A stretch of 63,816 bases of DNA, taken from Geosiphon pyriformis uo1 (lineage: Eukaryota > Fungi > Glomeromycota). A program made the position numbers and the translations under genes. The notes under the pieces are model-generated. The model was not told the origin of the DNA. It did no database searches and saw only the letters and a program-made list of their open reading frames with translations. Positions 28,842-43,509 of the stretch are shown here, one piece after another (within the stretch, counting starts at the first letter, position 1; each line of letters begins with the position of its first letter). The DNA lies in assembly GCA_016748015.1 (NCBI GenBank), contig JAAOMT010000697.1:1135336-1199151 (forward strand), in the 5' to 3' direction.

Positions 28842-31830
28842 TTTTTTATTTTTTTTATTTTTTTTATTATGCATTTTATAAGTAAAGCCTAACTGCTGTC
28901 TAATATACAGAGCTGAACTAAGAGACCCAAACTAAATACAGCTCATGCACTTACTACATGTGGCTAGCCACTTAGGCCAGACAAAACAACACTACACATT
29001 TATAATAACTCAAGAACTAAAATCCAAACCAGAAAAAAAAAGTCCAGACTTATAACGGCCAAAGCTAACAGAAAACAAATCCAAAACACCAAGCATCCGA
29101 ACCACACTTTGAGACAACACAGATGTCTTATAACATGACAAACCAGATATTACCCCATCATCCCCAATTGTACCAGCCTTTTTCATGTTCACTCTATAAC
29201 TAGATTTAACTAACCAGACTCTACTGCAGTACAGCTTAGCAATACTTCTAACAAAATTGACAACAACACCAACAGCCACCTTCCTGATCTCAAAAACCTC
29301 AACAGCTTCTAAGCACCAATCACTCATGACAAATCTCTTACACATAACCGAATACAAGCCAATATCTAAGAAACAACGACTGAAAAACTGTAAAACAGCA
29401 GAAGAAGATGAGACACAAGAACCCAACAAAGAAACCCAAGACATGACAGCTTCAGCAAGAATCTCATCATAGACATCAGCATTTATAGCACAAGAAAACA
29501 CATGATTGGACAACTCCACCTTTCTACACAATAAGCACAGCACACCAGGGTAACTTTTATTATACAACTTCTTTCAAACAGCCACAGGAAGTTGATAATG
29601 CATGGCTTTTATCAAATACAACTACAGCACAGAAGACTTCCAGCTGGTAAACCCAGTAAGCATGTGTGAGTCAGGGTGCCAAACTCTCGAGATAGTACTC
29701 CAGTTTACACATTCGATTAAACTACTCTGAATTATATCATGGCCAGGCCCAGCCTTCCAACGTGCACAGCACACAGACCTAAACAGATCCTTAACAAAAT
29801 GGTGGGCATTGCCAGACATGACTATACTCTCAGCAATCAAAAGCTGCTCCTGCATCCCAATGGGCAAGGAAAACCAAGAACATGTAGTAGCACCAGCAGC
29901 AGTGTCAGCTTTAACATTACCACAAACACCAGAATGACTTTTAACTTTGACCCAACTTGCACTCAAATCTTTCTTCCTAATCAAATTAAAAATATAGCAT
30001 CTTTCTACTTAGCACGGAACTCAGAAATCAGGCACCAGATAAGACAACTCAGAGACATATGCATCAATAGCAGCTTGGCTGTCAAGGTGTACTACCATTG
30101 CATTAGAAGAAGAAACACATTCCAATGCCAAAGCAACAGCCTGCAACTCGGCCAAGATGGAAAACATCAAATCACAGACCCTAATACCAATACTACAGTC
30201 GATGGTAAGAAAATACACAGCAGCACCATTAGCAACACAAGAAGAGCCAAAATCTTTCAGCAAATCATCTGTAAAAATCTCAAAAGGACCAGACCATAAT
30301 TTATGTAAACTACTATGCAAATCAGAAAATTTCTTGGAAGCCAGAATGTCCAAACCAGAAAGTTAATTGGCCCTAGCCAGATTGGATGACAAAGCACCAC
30401 CATCATGCAAAAACCCAGATGTGAATTCAAATTAATAAGGGACAGGCCCTCTTGGGTCAAGTCTCTTTTACTGGCGAAAAGTCTTCCAATCCATCACACA
30501 ACCCTTCTTATTAAGCAACCTGTCTCTAAAAACAACACCAAATTACTTCAAAAAATGAACAAAACCAAAGTAAAAAGCACTCCTCAGCACTAATGACATA
30601 GGAAATTTACTAAGATTATGAAAAACACAAGGCAGATTATTCATTAGGAACAGTTCATTATCTAAAAAATCTCAACCATACCAGCCAAAAAATTGTTCAC
30701 AGGGCTAACACGTAACTTGACAAGAAACTGCAGAGGGTCCAAAAGAGCTCAACCCAAAACTTGCAAATCCAGGAATCTATGCTCAAACAATTGCCCCAAA
30801 ATGCCCAAAGCATTAAAAAACATGACCACTGCCACCAATTTGCTCTCAGCCTGTATTTGCTCAAAAGATTTCAGACCATACAATAAGAAGTGATGCAAGG
30901 CTGCATCAGGAAAGTCACAAAAAAGACCAGCTTTAAGTTTAAGACTCTTCTTAACCAAGGCATCCCACTTGTAGCACACATTTGAAGAAACAAAGCTGAA
31001 TTGAGTACGATAGCTAACAATAGGCTGCAAAACAGCCAATACCAAATATGAAAACTGCTTATCTGTGATAGTCTTCCTGAACACTATATTGACAAAAAAA
31101 TGAACATCCGAATGAGCCTTGACCAAATTAGGCCTAGACAAATCCTCTGTTGACAAAAAAATTCCCAAATATCTGTGTGCTTTACCCCTCTTAGCAATAG
31201 AAATAAGCTGTCCATTAATATCCAGAGAAGCAACTTTAACACCTTAATTGATAAAAATGGCCACAGTTTTCTTACTATTAATAGAAATATTATTTATTGT
31301 AAAAAATTTACTAGCAATGTTCAAGACATACTGCATTAATGCTTGGCAATCACTGATCCAAATGGTGTCATCAACAAAAGCCCCAGCCACAAAGAAAAAA
31401 AACATCTTACTACTACTCTTAACTCTGCCCGATTTAGCCACAAACTTAGTATCAATTCAGTATTCACATAAATGTTCATGTCTCTTAACTTTACACAATA
31501 ATGGATCATAAAAAATTCTCCAGAAAAGGAGTGAAAAAACCTCACCTTAATCCAAACTATCATGTACCCTATAATCATTTGAGAGACCAAAATTGGTTAT
31601 CACTCTGTTAATCTTATCTTCATGAATACTACCAAAAAACTTAATAAACCTGTCACACATCTTGATATGCCATAAGCTGGTCTTTAAATAATACCAACTA
31701 ACAGAGTCATATGCCTTATGCATATCTTGCAAAACCAACCAAAGTTTTTTATTTTTCTTAAGAGCATTTTCAACTACTGACCCAACAGTGAATACCAGAG
31801 TCTGAGTAAAGATAATTTTTAATACTGAAT
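28842..31830 (-). mobile_element. 5'-truncated LINE: RT + RNase H + C-terminal CCHC, 3'UTR and poly(A)
   Basis: RT motifs VLQDMHKAYDSV and AGAFVDDTIW. RNase H motifs EIFTDDLL, AELQAVALAL, LDSQAA, VKVKSHSGVCGNVKAD. CLLC...HVFSC. T-rich tail at 28842-28865. Confidence 0.92.
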
Positions 31831-31994
31831 ATTTTATATTTTATTAATAATAATAATATATATTTATAATATAAATTTCTTTAGATTTATTTTAAAAATT
31901 TTTAAAATTATAAACAATAATATACATAAACAAAATAAATAACACAGTTTTAAATTTATTTTTTTGTTATTATACTGTTTAATTTTCATTAGTC

Positions 31995-34331
31995 TTTTTT
32001 TTATTATTATATTTTAACAAGCGAGACCCAAATACTACCTAAAACTATGATACCACATAAAAAATTATATTATAGGCATAAATCATGCATTTTCTACACG
32101 TGATCAGACACTCAGCCCAATCAAGAACTCACTATACTGAATCAAAAGTAGGTGAAAATAATCCCAATCCACAAATTCTCTCAATAATACTATTCAGATT
32201 CCTAGAGTCAAAAATAAACTCACTAAGAAACAATTTAGTAGACTCAATATTGCCTCTGGTTTCAGCACCAGACATACACCACAAAGCAATAACACGCTCA
32301 ATAGTGTCCTCACTTAAAAAAGAAGGCTTAGCAGCCAGCATACTATCATAATTCATATCACCAAAGTCAACCTCAAATCTAAGACAAGCAATGTTCTTGG
32401 AAACCCCAACCAAGAGGTTAGAAAAATTGTTAACAGCACTCTTCATAGAAATGAGATTCTTCTTAACCTAAACAGCCTTAGCAGCATTATCATCAAGAAG
32501 ATGAAACACCAAAGCAACCAAAGAACCAACAGGCTCAACAATAGACTTGACCAGAGCAGCCAAATCCAAAATCTGCTTTTCCAAAGAGTCCAATCTAGAA
32601 CCAACAGCAGGATCAGCAACAGAAGCAGCCAAAGGAGCCATCAAAAAAAGAAACTCAGAAAGACCAGAAGAAGCAGCAGTCTTGGCATATGAAGCAGAAC
32701 CCACAAAACAAGACTTGAAAACCTTGAGAACTTTGGGAGTGGGAGGTAGAGAAATTTTGCAATCCATGGCCAGATGGCCCATTTCTTGACACCTAAAGCA
32801 GTGCCGGTAGCCAGGAGTTTCTCACCAGATATGGCATTTTCTTAGAATACCAGACTTGACTACAGCAGAATCCAAATTGCCTTGAAAGTCAAATGTAACC
32901 AAAGCGAACTGGAAACAATGACCAGAATCAGGAGAACGAGGGATAAAACATGTTCAACCACCAATCTGAAAAATCATATTACTGATTTCAAAGGCAATAC
33001 AACCAGGGGAAAGATTGACCAATTTGGTCTTAAACTTATCACAAGACAAAATAGTCTCATTTTGATTCACCAGAGGGAGGATTCTAACACTATCCTTGCC
33101 CATCAAGACTGACCAATGCTTCAAGGCAGACACAGCAGAGTCCAACTTTTCAAAATAAACCACCACATACTGCCAAATGCCAGCAGGCTTCAGCACAACA
33201 CAAGCGACACTACCAAACACACTGAGAGCCAACTTAATGTCAGCAGCAGACACACCCAAAGGCACATCACGCAGCGCAACAGCAGCAGAAGAGGAACCAG
33301 ATTCAGAAACCACCAAAGACTTGGCAATTTTGAAAGTGGCCAAATGAACAGAGCTTGTAAGCTCAACCAGAAATGCAGCTTCCAAAAATTGTTGAGAAGC
33401 AAACTCCACACAGAAAAGCTTCACATTGTCTTTTGAAACAGATTTAGCACCCAAAAAACCATGCACAGACTGAAAAACAGCCTTAACATGAGCCAATTTG
33501 ATCTTAAAAATAGCACCAGAGTGGAGGCCACCCACCCAGCAAACCTTTGACAACTAGTAATAGTTTCCCAAGTACCACCAGAAGTAGCACCAGAAACTAA
33601 AGGAGAAGATGAATCAGTTTCTATTTCATCAGTCCAGTTCCCAAGAACAGGTGACTCAACAGAAGAAAATTGTTTTGCTTCTAAAACTGGTAATGATCTG
33701 CCAGAAGACACCACATTTGGCAACACAGCCAGTGGTTGATCTTGGCCTATCTTGGAAGATGTGCCGCTGCTGTTGTCATCCATATCAAGAATAGGGCTGG
33801 CTGCTGCTATGGAGATCTTACCAAAGATCTCATCTGGAACCACAAAGAAGTTCGGTGTGATCATGGCAGTTGTGATTGCCTGCTACTGTTTTTTGGGATT
33901 TTTCGCTTTTACGGCCATTTGTAAAGCAGTAGTAATAGAAGTAGTAGTGGGAGTGGTGAGAGCAGAAAAGACCAACTTGTTGACTGGTCTGTTATTAAAA
34001 ATCTTTGGGCTCTTTGAAGTGGTAGAGACAACACTAGGACTAATCTAAGTGTGCCTTTTTGAAGAGACTTTAACTAAAGAAGAACTTCCAGCCAAAGGTG
34101 AAGAAAATGAACCAGAAGCTGCTAAAGGCAGCTTATTACTATTATTTTTTAAAGGAAATGTTGCCAGAACGTTTTGTCTAGCTGCTTCAATAACAGAGAG
34201 ACTCTCTCGTGTTGAAACTTTATTAGTTATTATAGAAAAAGTAACGTTTGTAACTTTTTTATTCTTAACTCTATTTGTGGTCATGAAATTTAGGAGAAAA
34301 AGAGTTTTTTTTAGTTTTAACTATATATATA
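31995..34331 (-). mobile_element. ORF1-only non-autonomous LINE (~2.3 kb)
   Basis: ORF1 fragments (RRM-like, zinc knuckle C..C...GHLAMDC, coiled coil) end at TAG 32132. They are followed directly by a 3'UTR homologous to 28883-29000 and a T-run at 31995. Candidate TSD taattttcattagtc (31980-31994) / taattttaattaatt (34332-34346). Confidence 0.8.
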
Positions 34332-35019
34332 TAATTTTAATTAATTAAAAAAATATTTTAAAACCAAATATTTTTTGTTTTTTAAAATTATTGTTTATTT
34401 AAATTTTTTATTTTTAATTAATGTTATAACTTTTTGCAAATTTTTTTTAATAATAAATATAAATTTAATAATTTTTTAAAATTTTAAAAAAATAATAGTC
34501 TTTTAAAATTATTTATTATAAAAAATAATTTTTTGACAATTATTAACAAATTAATATCTAAAATATTATTTTTTTATAGGTTTAATTATTTAAATTTTAA
34601 AGCAATAAAATATAAAAATAAAAAAACTATTATTTTATTTGTATTTATCTTTTTAAATTTAAAGTATTTAATAAAAAGTATAAAAAAGCCTTACTTTTAT
34701 TATTTGTTTTTTAATTAATATTAGTATTTAAAAAAATTTTTATCTTTTTTGCAAAATTAATTTTTATATTTTTAAATTATTTAATACAAATATTATCTAA
34801 AAGTATTTTTAAAATTAAATTTATCTTATTATTTAAGTTTTTAATATTTTAACCAAAACTTTAAATTTTTGTGTAAAAAAAATTATTTATAAAACCACAA
34901 TAGTTTTATTTATTAACTTCTTTTTAATTATAGTATTAATAATAACTATTAAGTTTAAAACAAAAAAATTATTGTTTTGTAAAATAGTAATAGAAATATA
35001 ATAAAAACAGATTTTTTTT

Positions 35020-36266
35020 TTAAAAAACTGTTTTTTTACTTTTTTAAAAATTTTATTAATATTATTGTTTTATTGTTTGAAAATTTATAAAAATTATTAT
35101 ATATGTTTTTTAATAATAAAAAATAATAAATTTATTTAATAAAAATAAAAATAACTAATTAATAATTTTGTAAAAACATAAAGTATTAATATAAAAGTAT
35201 AATAAAGTTATTAAAACTTAAATATATAATGTTTAAAATAAAAATTAAATTAGTATTTAAATAAAAAGTTATTAAATACATAAATAAAATAAAACCAAAT
35301 AATTTTTTTAATTTATATAGTTTAATATAAGTTTAAATTACTGGTTACATATAAGTAATATTTTTGTTACATATTTTAAGTTTTAATTAAATTATATTTA
35401 ATTAATACATAAAAATAATATTATTAAATTTGTTTTATTAATAATTTAAAATAAATAAACTTTTATTTAATAAGTTTTGTATAAAATAATAACAAAAATA
35501 TATTTTAATACTGGCTTAATTTTTTTCCATTTTAATAGTATTAATTCTAATTTTTAAAACTTACAATTATCTTTATTTTAAAATAATAAAACGAATTTTA
35601 TTCAATATTAATAAACATATTAATGAAATATTGCACAATACAATAATTATTAAATAAAAATTATATTATGTAGGCATACTGCAGAAGTTAAAAACTCTGA
35701 TTATTGTTATAATTTAACAATAATAGGATTTGTTAAATTTATACTGATAAATCAAAAATCTAAAATGTTATTGACACAAATCAAACATATATTAAGCCAT
35801 GTCTTCCCAAATCATAACAAACACACAAAATACCATAGCGAGCATTGAAAATATTAAACAAACATTGAAAAAAGCTGAAACTGAGTATAATAAATACGAG
35901 GAAAAGCTGAACAAGAAGGGTGAGAAGCTGAAGGAAAAAGAGGAAAACCTGAAAAAAAAGAAGAAGAAACTGAAAAAAAAGGAGGAGAAGCTAGAAAAGT
36001 TAATAAAGGGTGAGAAGAAAGATGAGTTATGTGAATTAAAGAAGAATTTGAGACTAGAAAAGTACAAGAACAAAAATGAAAAGCATTGGTGAATAAAAGA
36101 TATACAAGCACTAAAAAAGCAAAAAAAAAGCTAGAAAAGCTAAAAGAAAAAGTGAAAAAGCTAAAAGTAGACAAGAATAAGCTAAAAACAAGTAAAAATA
36201 GATGGGAGTTACAGATGCAAAAATTACAAAATATGTTGATAGAAACAACTAAGACAGATAACTCAG
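35020..36266 (+). repeat. Upstream region + coiled-coil header exon, copy 2
   Basis: Homologous to 10380-11456. The exon ends at ACAGATAACTCAG (TDNSG), equivalent to ACAGATTATTTAG in copy 1. Confidence 0.85.
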
Positions 36267-38884
36267 GCATTGAGAAATAGAGTAGAATAAAAAAGTACTT
36301 TCTTATCTATCCTATTACTATTATCTTTCATTCATTTGACTAATTTGTGCTCATTCATTTTTGCCTCTTGCTTCCAAAATTGCTTTGTATTTGACTCAAT
36401 AATAAAACCTTTTGACTTAATGTTAGCTCTTAATTTAAGTTTTACTTTTCACCTCCGTTATCTATCATCTATACCCATTTTTATATATTTAAAAGAACAT
36501 TTGATATACTCTTATAATGTTAATTAACTATTGCTTTCTTCCTTCTTTTTTCTTGTTGCCAATGTGCTTTATTTGTTTTTTATAGCTAAGTTTTCTGCTG
36601 GTAGGTTATTTGTTTAATCTATTTTTATTAATATATGTTTTGAGTTTAAAAGTGATCTATTTTAGTATTAAGTTTTGTCTAGTATAAATACTAAATTGTA
36701 ATTCTTTCTAGTACCTGACAATAAGTTCATCCCCTCTTTCTTAAAATCTTTGAAAAGTGAGTACCTTCTTTGTAACTAAATTCAATTAAAATTATAATTA
36801 TCTTTTCTTATTTCTAACTATAATGCATAAAATTCAGGATCAATGATGGAGGCATTTGAGCAAAAATACAAAGATGATCTTGGTGTCTTGCAGCTTTTTG
36901 AAAAACATATTGACAACTGTGCACACAAGTAAACAACTGCTCAAGATTTTAGATATTATGCTCCATACAGTGTTTTTTTCCAAGGATCTGGGACTGGGAA
37001 GTCTAGACTTCTTTATCAGCTTGCTCAAAACTGCTTTGTTATATACCTATGCTTTTGTGCAAGTTATAGTTCAGGAATTCTACCCCTAACACAAATTGTT
37101 CATGATTTCTTTCTTAATAAGGAGAAAGATGAAATGGTTTACATAGTGGCATTTTTCTGTAGTTGTATAGAATTTCTTGATGGAAAAAGCATTGAAGATT
37201 GGAAGAATCAATAATGAGATTTTGAATTTGAAAAAAATATAATAAACAAAGTTTATAGCTTAGTGAAATTCTGGAAAAAAGATTCAATTGAGTTAAATTG
37301 AATGAAAAAAAAATCTTGTACAAAAAAAATTGCAGAAGCTTGGAAAAAAATTGAACTCCATTTATTAAAGATTGTCAACAAAAAGGCAAAACTTGTATTT
37401 GCATTTGATGAATCATAGATTTTACTAGAACAAAGTTAAGTGTTTATCCACACTTGCTAAACTTTATATTGTCTTCCTTTGTGTGTTTTTGCCATATTTG
37501 CTGATACTACTTCGAAACTCTCTGACATTGTGCCATTATTATTTTTGGATTCTTTGGTTCTAGTATTTTTAAATAAGAGTACACTTTTCTGCCATTTTAT
37601 TTTATGACTATGTTTGATTTATTTAGCCAAACAAACTCGGACTTGAAACAACTATTAAAGTTAGAAAAGTTGTTTGTATTAGGACAACCTTTGTGGAGTT
37701 TGGTTTTGAAGAATGCTGTCAGACTCAATAAACTTATGAAACTAGCATGACAAAAACTTTTAAGTGGAGATATAACTGTGGATAATTGGCTTAAAAACCC
37801 AACTTTGGTTTCTGCTCTTGTTATTTTGTCTTGTTGCATCTCACTTGATGTCACTCACATTGCTTCAGAATTAGTTTTCAGATTCATGAGAATATGCATT
37901 CACGTTTTAGAAGATCAAAATCAATTATTAGCATTCTATCCATCTAAACTAATATTTGCTAAGGCTGCAGCATCATTTATGGAAGACCAGAGTGTGTTAA
38001 GAAAACTACTTGACTTTCTACTAAATGCATTACACACTAGTTACATAAAATCTGGCTATTGTGGAGAATTGGTTGCTTATCTACTTTTAATGTTTGCTTG
38101 GGACCATGCTAGTAGAGATAGAGATATATTACCACACTTGGCAAATCTAGGATATTTGAAGCAGTTTGTTTTATGCCCAATTAGAATGAAAAAGTTTTTG
38201 ATATCTCTTTTTAGGCAGAAGAACTATAATGAACATATTCAAAGTTTCTTTCAAAAGTTGGCTGATGGTTTACTTGTATTTACATACTTTATTCTAGTTA
38301 CTTACACCCCAAACTAGACACAATTGAGAACTCTATTCATTCACTTTACAGCTATGATATGTAAATATAACCAAGCAGGAGTTGAATTAATATTTCCAGT
38401 TTTGTTGGATAGAGATGAATCTAATTCTATATTAGTTGATTTTATGTCTTATTTTCTAGTTTAAGTCAAGAATTGGAATTAAATTTACAATAATAATTGG
38501 CCTGGATCAGAACTCTTGAGGGAGTATATCTTTAAAGATGAAACTACAGAGGAAAACCACAATTTCTACCTGTCTTTATATCTTCAGCTGAGTGCTTCAG
38601 AGCCAGCTTTGGAATTATTTTATATTGAGAACTTTCCAGCCTTTAACACAAAGTTACAAAAAAAAGCACAACTTGAAGCAAAGAAAGCAGGAAAAGCAAA
38701 AACACAATATTGTATATCTGAATTAGGGTTGGATAAGTCTGTGTATCATTGTCTGGATAAATTGAGTGATGATAATATTAGTATTTTGAGACAGCTTTTG
38801 TCTGCATGGCCTGATCCTTTAAATTTGGCTAAACATAAAAATGTTAAGTCACTATTGTGATCAATGATGTCACTTGTGTATTAA
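35799..38884 (+). pseudogene. Crinkler(CR)-type effector pseudogene: coiled-coil header + P-loop NTPase + PD-(D/E)XK-like REase
   Basis: YYAPYSVFFQGSGTGKSRLL (Walker A, ~36984-37004), LVFAFDES (Walker B), FADTTS, GYCGELVAYLLL, and NQAGVELIFPV...FLV*VKNW (REase-like). Introns after exon 1; several stops. Confidence 0.8.
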
Positions 38885-40743
38885 AAATAAAAATGACATG
38901 ATATTTTTATTCATTAGATTAACAATTCAATATTTCAAATAATTAATTAAAATATATATTATTACAGATTTGAGTAACAAGCTAACAAATAGCAAAAAAA
39001 AGGCTATTAAAGGTGATAGAAATAATAAAGAAAATTCAATCAAAGAAGTAAATTAAATTTGTAAGAATTTAATGTGTGATCTTTATCTGCAGTCCAACTC
39101 ATACTGCTGATAATTAATATGAGGTGGTCTGATCAATATTTTGCTGGAGTTTTTGGAGATAATTTAATAATCAAGAGAGTTGAATTATTTGATAAAAGTG
39201 ACATAAATGAGGATGAATTGAGGGATTGTAAGATAACTACTACTTCTAAATTAATGTCAATAGTTGATAAAATTGAAGAATACAAAATTGAAATTTCAAT
39301 TTACTTCACACATTTCTTCAATTTTTAGTCTCTAGAAATGTGCTGGAGGTCAATTGTATAATATAGCAATAGTATTTCTATTTAATATTTAAATTTTAAA
39401 AATTTTTAATAAAAAAAAATTAAACAGATTGTTAGATACTTATTGTATATTCCAATTATATAACAATTCTAAATGGATAGCAGCAGTTACTGTAAGATAA
39501 GCAACTGCTCTACAACTCCATACTTTTTTATGTCTAGATTATATATGAAAAGTTAAAATTAGAAATATAAAAAAAAGAGTTGAATACCATTTGAAAATTA
39601 AAACCATTTAGCAAATTTAACAATTCGACTTTTATAATCCCATCACAATCCTAAAAAGGTATATTCAAAATTGTGCCAATCTATGATTAAATTTATTTGC
39701 CAAAGCTAACATAAAATAAATAAAGTTGAGATTGTGGATGAATTCTAAAAATAGAAATAAAAATGTTTACCACACATCAGATCATTAATATTAAATTTTT
39801 GAAATTAAATCATAATGAAGTGATGATTTTTACCTGAACTAATACAAAATTGGAAAAATTTACCTGCCACAAAAGTGTCCAATACAAAAGAGTAATTTGA
39901 AAGCAAACCTTGAATAGAACATAAAGTGCCTTTGAGAAAAATCTGGAAGGCATCATGGATGAGAAATATAATGTATTTTATATTAATATTTTCAAGAAAA
40001 GATGCAGAAAGAGTGACATCTAAAATGATTCAAATATAAAAATTTTAGCTTCTAACAAATTTATAATAAATAATATGTCACTTTTTTGTGTAGTTTCCTA
40101 CTACAATAACCCACAATATCAACCATCCAACTATTTTGTGCAAGGCTTAATGCATGGTATTGTATTCTCGGTGAATGATCTATGTCTCTTAAGACAACAA
40201 GACTCACATTTTTGTTTTGGTTAAGTGTTACATCATAGGTACAATTTGTGTAATATATACTTGCACTCTAAGTTAAAACTAGAAAGAAACAAAAATAGTA
40301 AGAAGAGTGATCTCGGAAACAGGAATATTGGTATACAAAGTAAGACTTTTACTAAATTTTATTAAAGAAAGAGTGTTCAAAAATAGGCACTTTAATTTTT
40401 TCAAAAATGTGCAGTTTTTAATCATCAAAAAATTGATATATTATGATCAGTCTTTTTAGCCTGCTCACTGCTTTTGGTATTTTTAGTTTTTTCAATCCTG
40501 AAATTTATTAACATTACAATTTTAACTATTATTAACTTGTTTGAAATTACTATTTATATTACTTAAATTATTTAAAAAATAGATTATTAAATATTTATTT
40601 ATTTATTTATTTATTATTACTATTATTATTATATATAAATAGTAGAAAAAACATGAGCCACATTTATGATTGAACATGCAGGTCAAATAAAATAACCAAA
40701 CAGTAAACTTGTAACATCATTCAATACATTAAATTTACTTTTT

Positions 40744-41673
40744 TTATCTTTTATATAATTTTTTAATGTTCCAATATCTTCTATATAAAATAATTGGGGT
40801 AATTAAGCCAAAAGCATAACTTACTGCTTTTTTTTCATATTTTATATTTCTTTATTGTTATTTTATTTATACTTTTCTGTGGCCCTGACAAAATTTTTAT
40901 CTTTTTAATCCTTAATGTTAGTAGTAATATAGTAGATATTATTAGCTTTTAAATGTTGAGAACATTTATAATTGGACATGACTTTCTTCAAGATGTTTTC
41001 TAGTTGAATCAATTATAGAAGCATAATAATTAACCTACAAATTAAAATCAGTATGATTATTCCCAATTCATTATCAACAATGAAGTTGATTTTTGTTGCC
41101 AATTTTTTCAACAAAGATTATGCCTAGCTTTGTTTAGGAGAAATTAGTCCAAGCATTAGAAAATCTTTTTCTTTTTAACTTAACTACAAAAGACTCCTAG
41201 CCTCTTTTGCCTTTGCTCAAAGTAGAACTGACCACTACTAATTCTCTAATTAAGTCTTTTTTTATAAACTTTGAGATTTTTTCAGTTATGGAAAGAAAAG
41301 ATGCAAAATCTTGCACATTAGTAGAGAGATATTTAGAATTATTCTTGTTATGAGCTTTACTTTACTTTTTTTTTAATCTGTAAAATTCTTTGATTGCTTT
41401 TTTTTCATTTTTATTGTTGCTATTATAATGTATAAACTTATATCTCTCATGAAAAGAGCTGTTTAAATTCACTCGTTCTCAAAATCTTTTAAAATTTTTT
41501 TTAAAAGAGTCTTTGACTCCAATGCTTTTTTGTAAATATTAATAGATAGAGATTGCTCTATAACTTAATATACATTCATCTCAATCACAAATGACTTTGA
41601 TCGGATGATTTTTTTGTTGGCTGATTTGCTTAATTAAGCAATAGGGTCAGTTAATGTAATTTTGGTTAGACAT
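40744..41673 (-). pseudogene. HAD-superfamily (5'(3')-deoxyribonucleotidase-like) gene, probably of Mollicutes endobacterial origin, decayed
   Basis: Reads MSNQNYIN*PYCLIKQISQQKNHPIKVICD(TGA)DEC (DxD motif I) ... F(TGA)ERV ... ASFLSITEKISKFIKKDLIRELVVVSS ... C(TGA)*(TGA)IGNNHTDFN ... NYKCSQHLKANNIYYITTNIKD, with a hydrophobic C-terminus. No introns seen. Missed by the ORF track because of TGA and other stops. Confidence 0.6.
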
Positions 41674-41683
41674 TATTTAATTT

Positions 41684-43509
41684 TTAACATCTATTCAATG
41701 GTTTTGGGCAAATAATATCCTTAAAAGCATCTTTAACAAAAGGCTGAATATAATTATAAAGATATTTTTGCCTTTTATACTTTATAGGAGGAGACATTAG
41801 CACAGAAAATAACAAAGTCTTGATTTTTTCTATACTCGGATTTGCCAATTTTTAAAAGCCTGAATTCCTGGAAAAGACTATTAGCAAATTCTTAAACTTT
41901 GACTACACCAAGATTAGTCCTGGTAAACAGAAAATGCTGAAATTTTTGTAGGCTGGGTAGTTTTTTAAAATAAGCTTCCAGATTACTTATGATGTCAAAA
42001 TATTTAAAACCAGCTCTATTATTATAGTGCTATACTTTATTTAGTCTGACAATACTAGACTTTTTTTACTAGTTTGACCACATGATTTACACAATCTACA
42101 GTCATTTTGTGGTATAGTTTCTTAATCAATCTAAAACTGCTATTATATTTGGATTTAGTATGTCCAGGTACCATAAAATTTAATTCGATACTTTTGTAAT
42201 AATTGCAAATAACTAAATATAGATAAAATCAAATGTTAGCATTATTTTTATTCTGTTCTCCTGAATTATCACAAGTAATTTTCAAATACTTTTCACCTTT
42301 ATTCAATTTCTTAATTTCATCAAATATCATGCTCAGTGTGCTATTAGAGTCTTTACTGATAATTTTGTTTTCATCAAGAATGTAATTAATTTATTTACAT
42401 ATTGCTTCATCTTGAATACCAAATAAATGCACTTTGCATTCAATCATAACTGTAATAAGCAGTAATAATAATTTTGTTCTAAAATGCTTATCCACCAATT
42501 TTCTCCATTGTTTTGCTAATATTATATTTTTGTTGTAATAATTTCTCTTTAGTTTAGTCTTAACTAAATGTTCTTTGTATCTTTTTAATAAATCTTTTGT
42601 TTCTTCTTTCTTATGAATATTATATTATAAGCCATTCTCAAAATATTGGCACATGTCACATAAATCTGTTCTTGGATTTATGATTTGAATATAAAGCATT
42701 AATTGGTCTTATAACTTGTGAAATACATTATATTTTAACAATTTTAATGTAGTATTGTTCTTAAAAACTGCAGTAAAATCACAATAGACGAATTTTTAAG
42801 TCATTTTAGTTGACAATAGTATAAGTGATTATGTAATGCAGTTAATATTTCTTTCAGGACTTGGTTGTTCATAGATTTCAGCATAATTCTCAAGAAAATT
42901 TTTCACTGCAGTAGCAATAATTATATCAATGGTTATTTTGGGTTTTTATCATAGTGTTCTTTTTACATTACCATAAATGTGTGGTATATACTATTTATTG
43001 CTAGATAATTTCTAACAGTTTTGAAGTAAGTGCAACCAATTTCTAACATATGGAAATACGTTTTCTGACAAAGTGACATATTACAATCTTATTAGTACAC
43101 ATTTTCTTTTTAAGATGTCAACTGGCAGTTATTTTTTTACTATTTATCACTCTCAGTTGGGCCATTAAAAAAAATTTTGCTCAGCCCTAGAGAGCTTGAA
43201 ATGCTTCACATAACTCAGCAAACTTTTCTCTCAGAATCACTTTTAAGCAATCACAATTGCAGTTTATTTCCAAGAAATGTATGACATTTCTGTATTTGGC
43301 AGAACTATTATTATTATATCTTCATATACAAATCATTTTATATATATAATTTTATTACTTTTTAGGTCTTTACTAGCAATAAGCTTACAAAAAAAGTCAC
43401 AGATTTCTGTAAGATCTCAATGTTACTGAAAGAATAATCTATTTTCAAACTCTGATTATAGTTTTTTTACATATGTCTTCAATTTTTGATTTTTGATTTT
43501 ATTTGTCAT
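41684..43509 (-). pseudogene. Sola-type (DDD) transposase pseudogene
   Basis: KVHLFGIQDEA..INYILDEN, ITCDNSGEQNKNN (DNCxGQNKN motif), LNFMVPGHTK...F.LIKK, and C-terminal RQKYLYNYIQPFVKDAFKDIICPKP. Confidence 0.85.

Noticed and set aside
28842-34331. A single full-length LINE with internal deletion
   Set aside because: A second 3'UTR, poly(A) and candidate TSD at 31980-32140 show two separate insertions.
29257-34348. Plus-strand ORFs in the ORF track
   Set aside because: Antisense shadows of minus-strand LINE ORFs.
35792-36270. Phe/Ser-rich minus ORFs (also 11191-11391)
   Set aside because: Antisense of the Lys/Glu-rich header exon.
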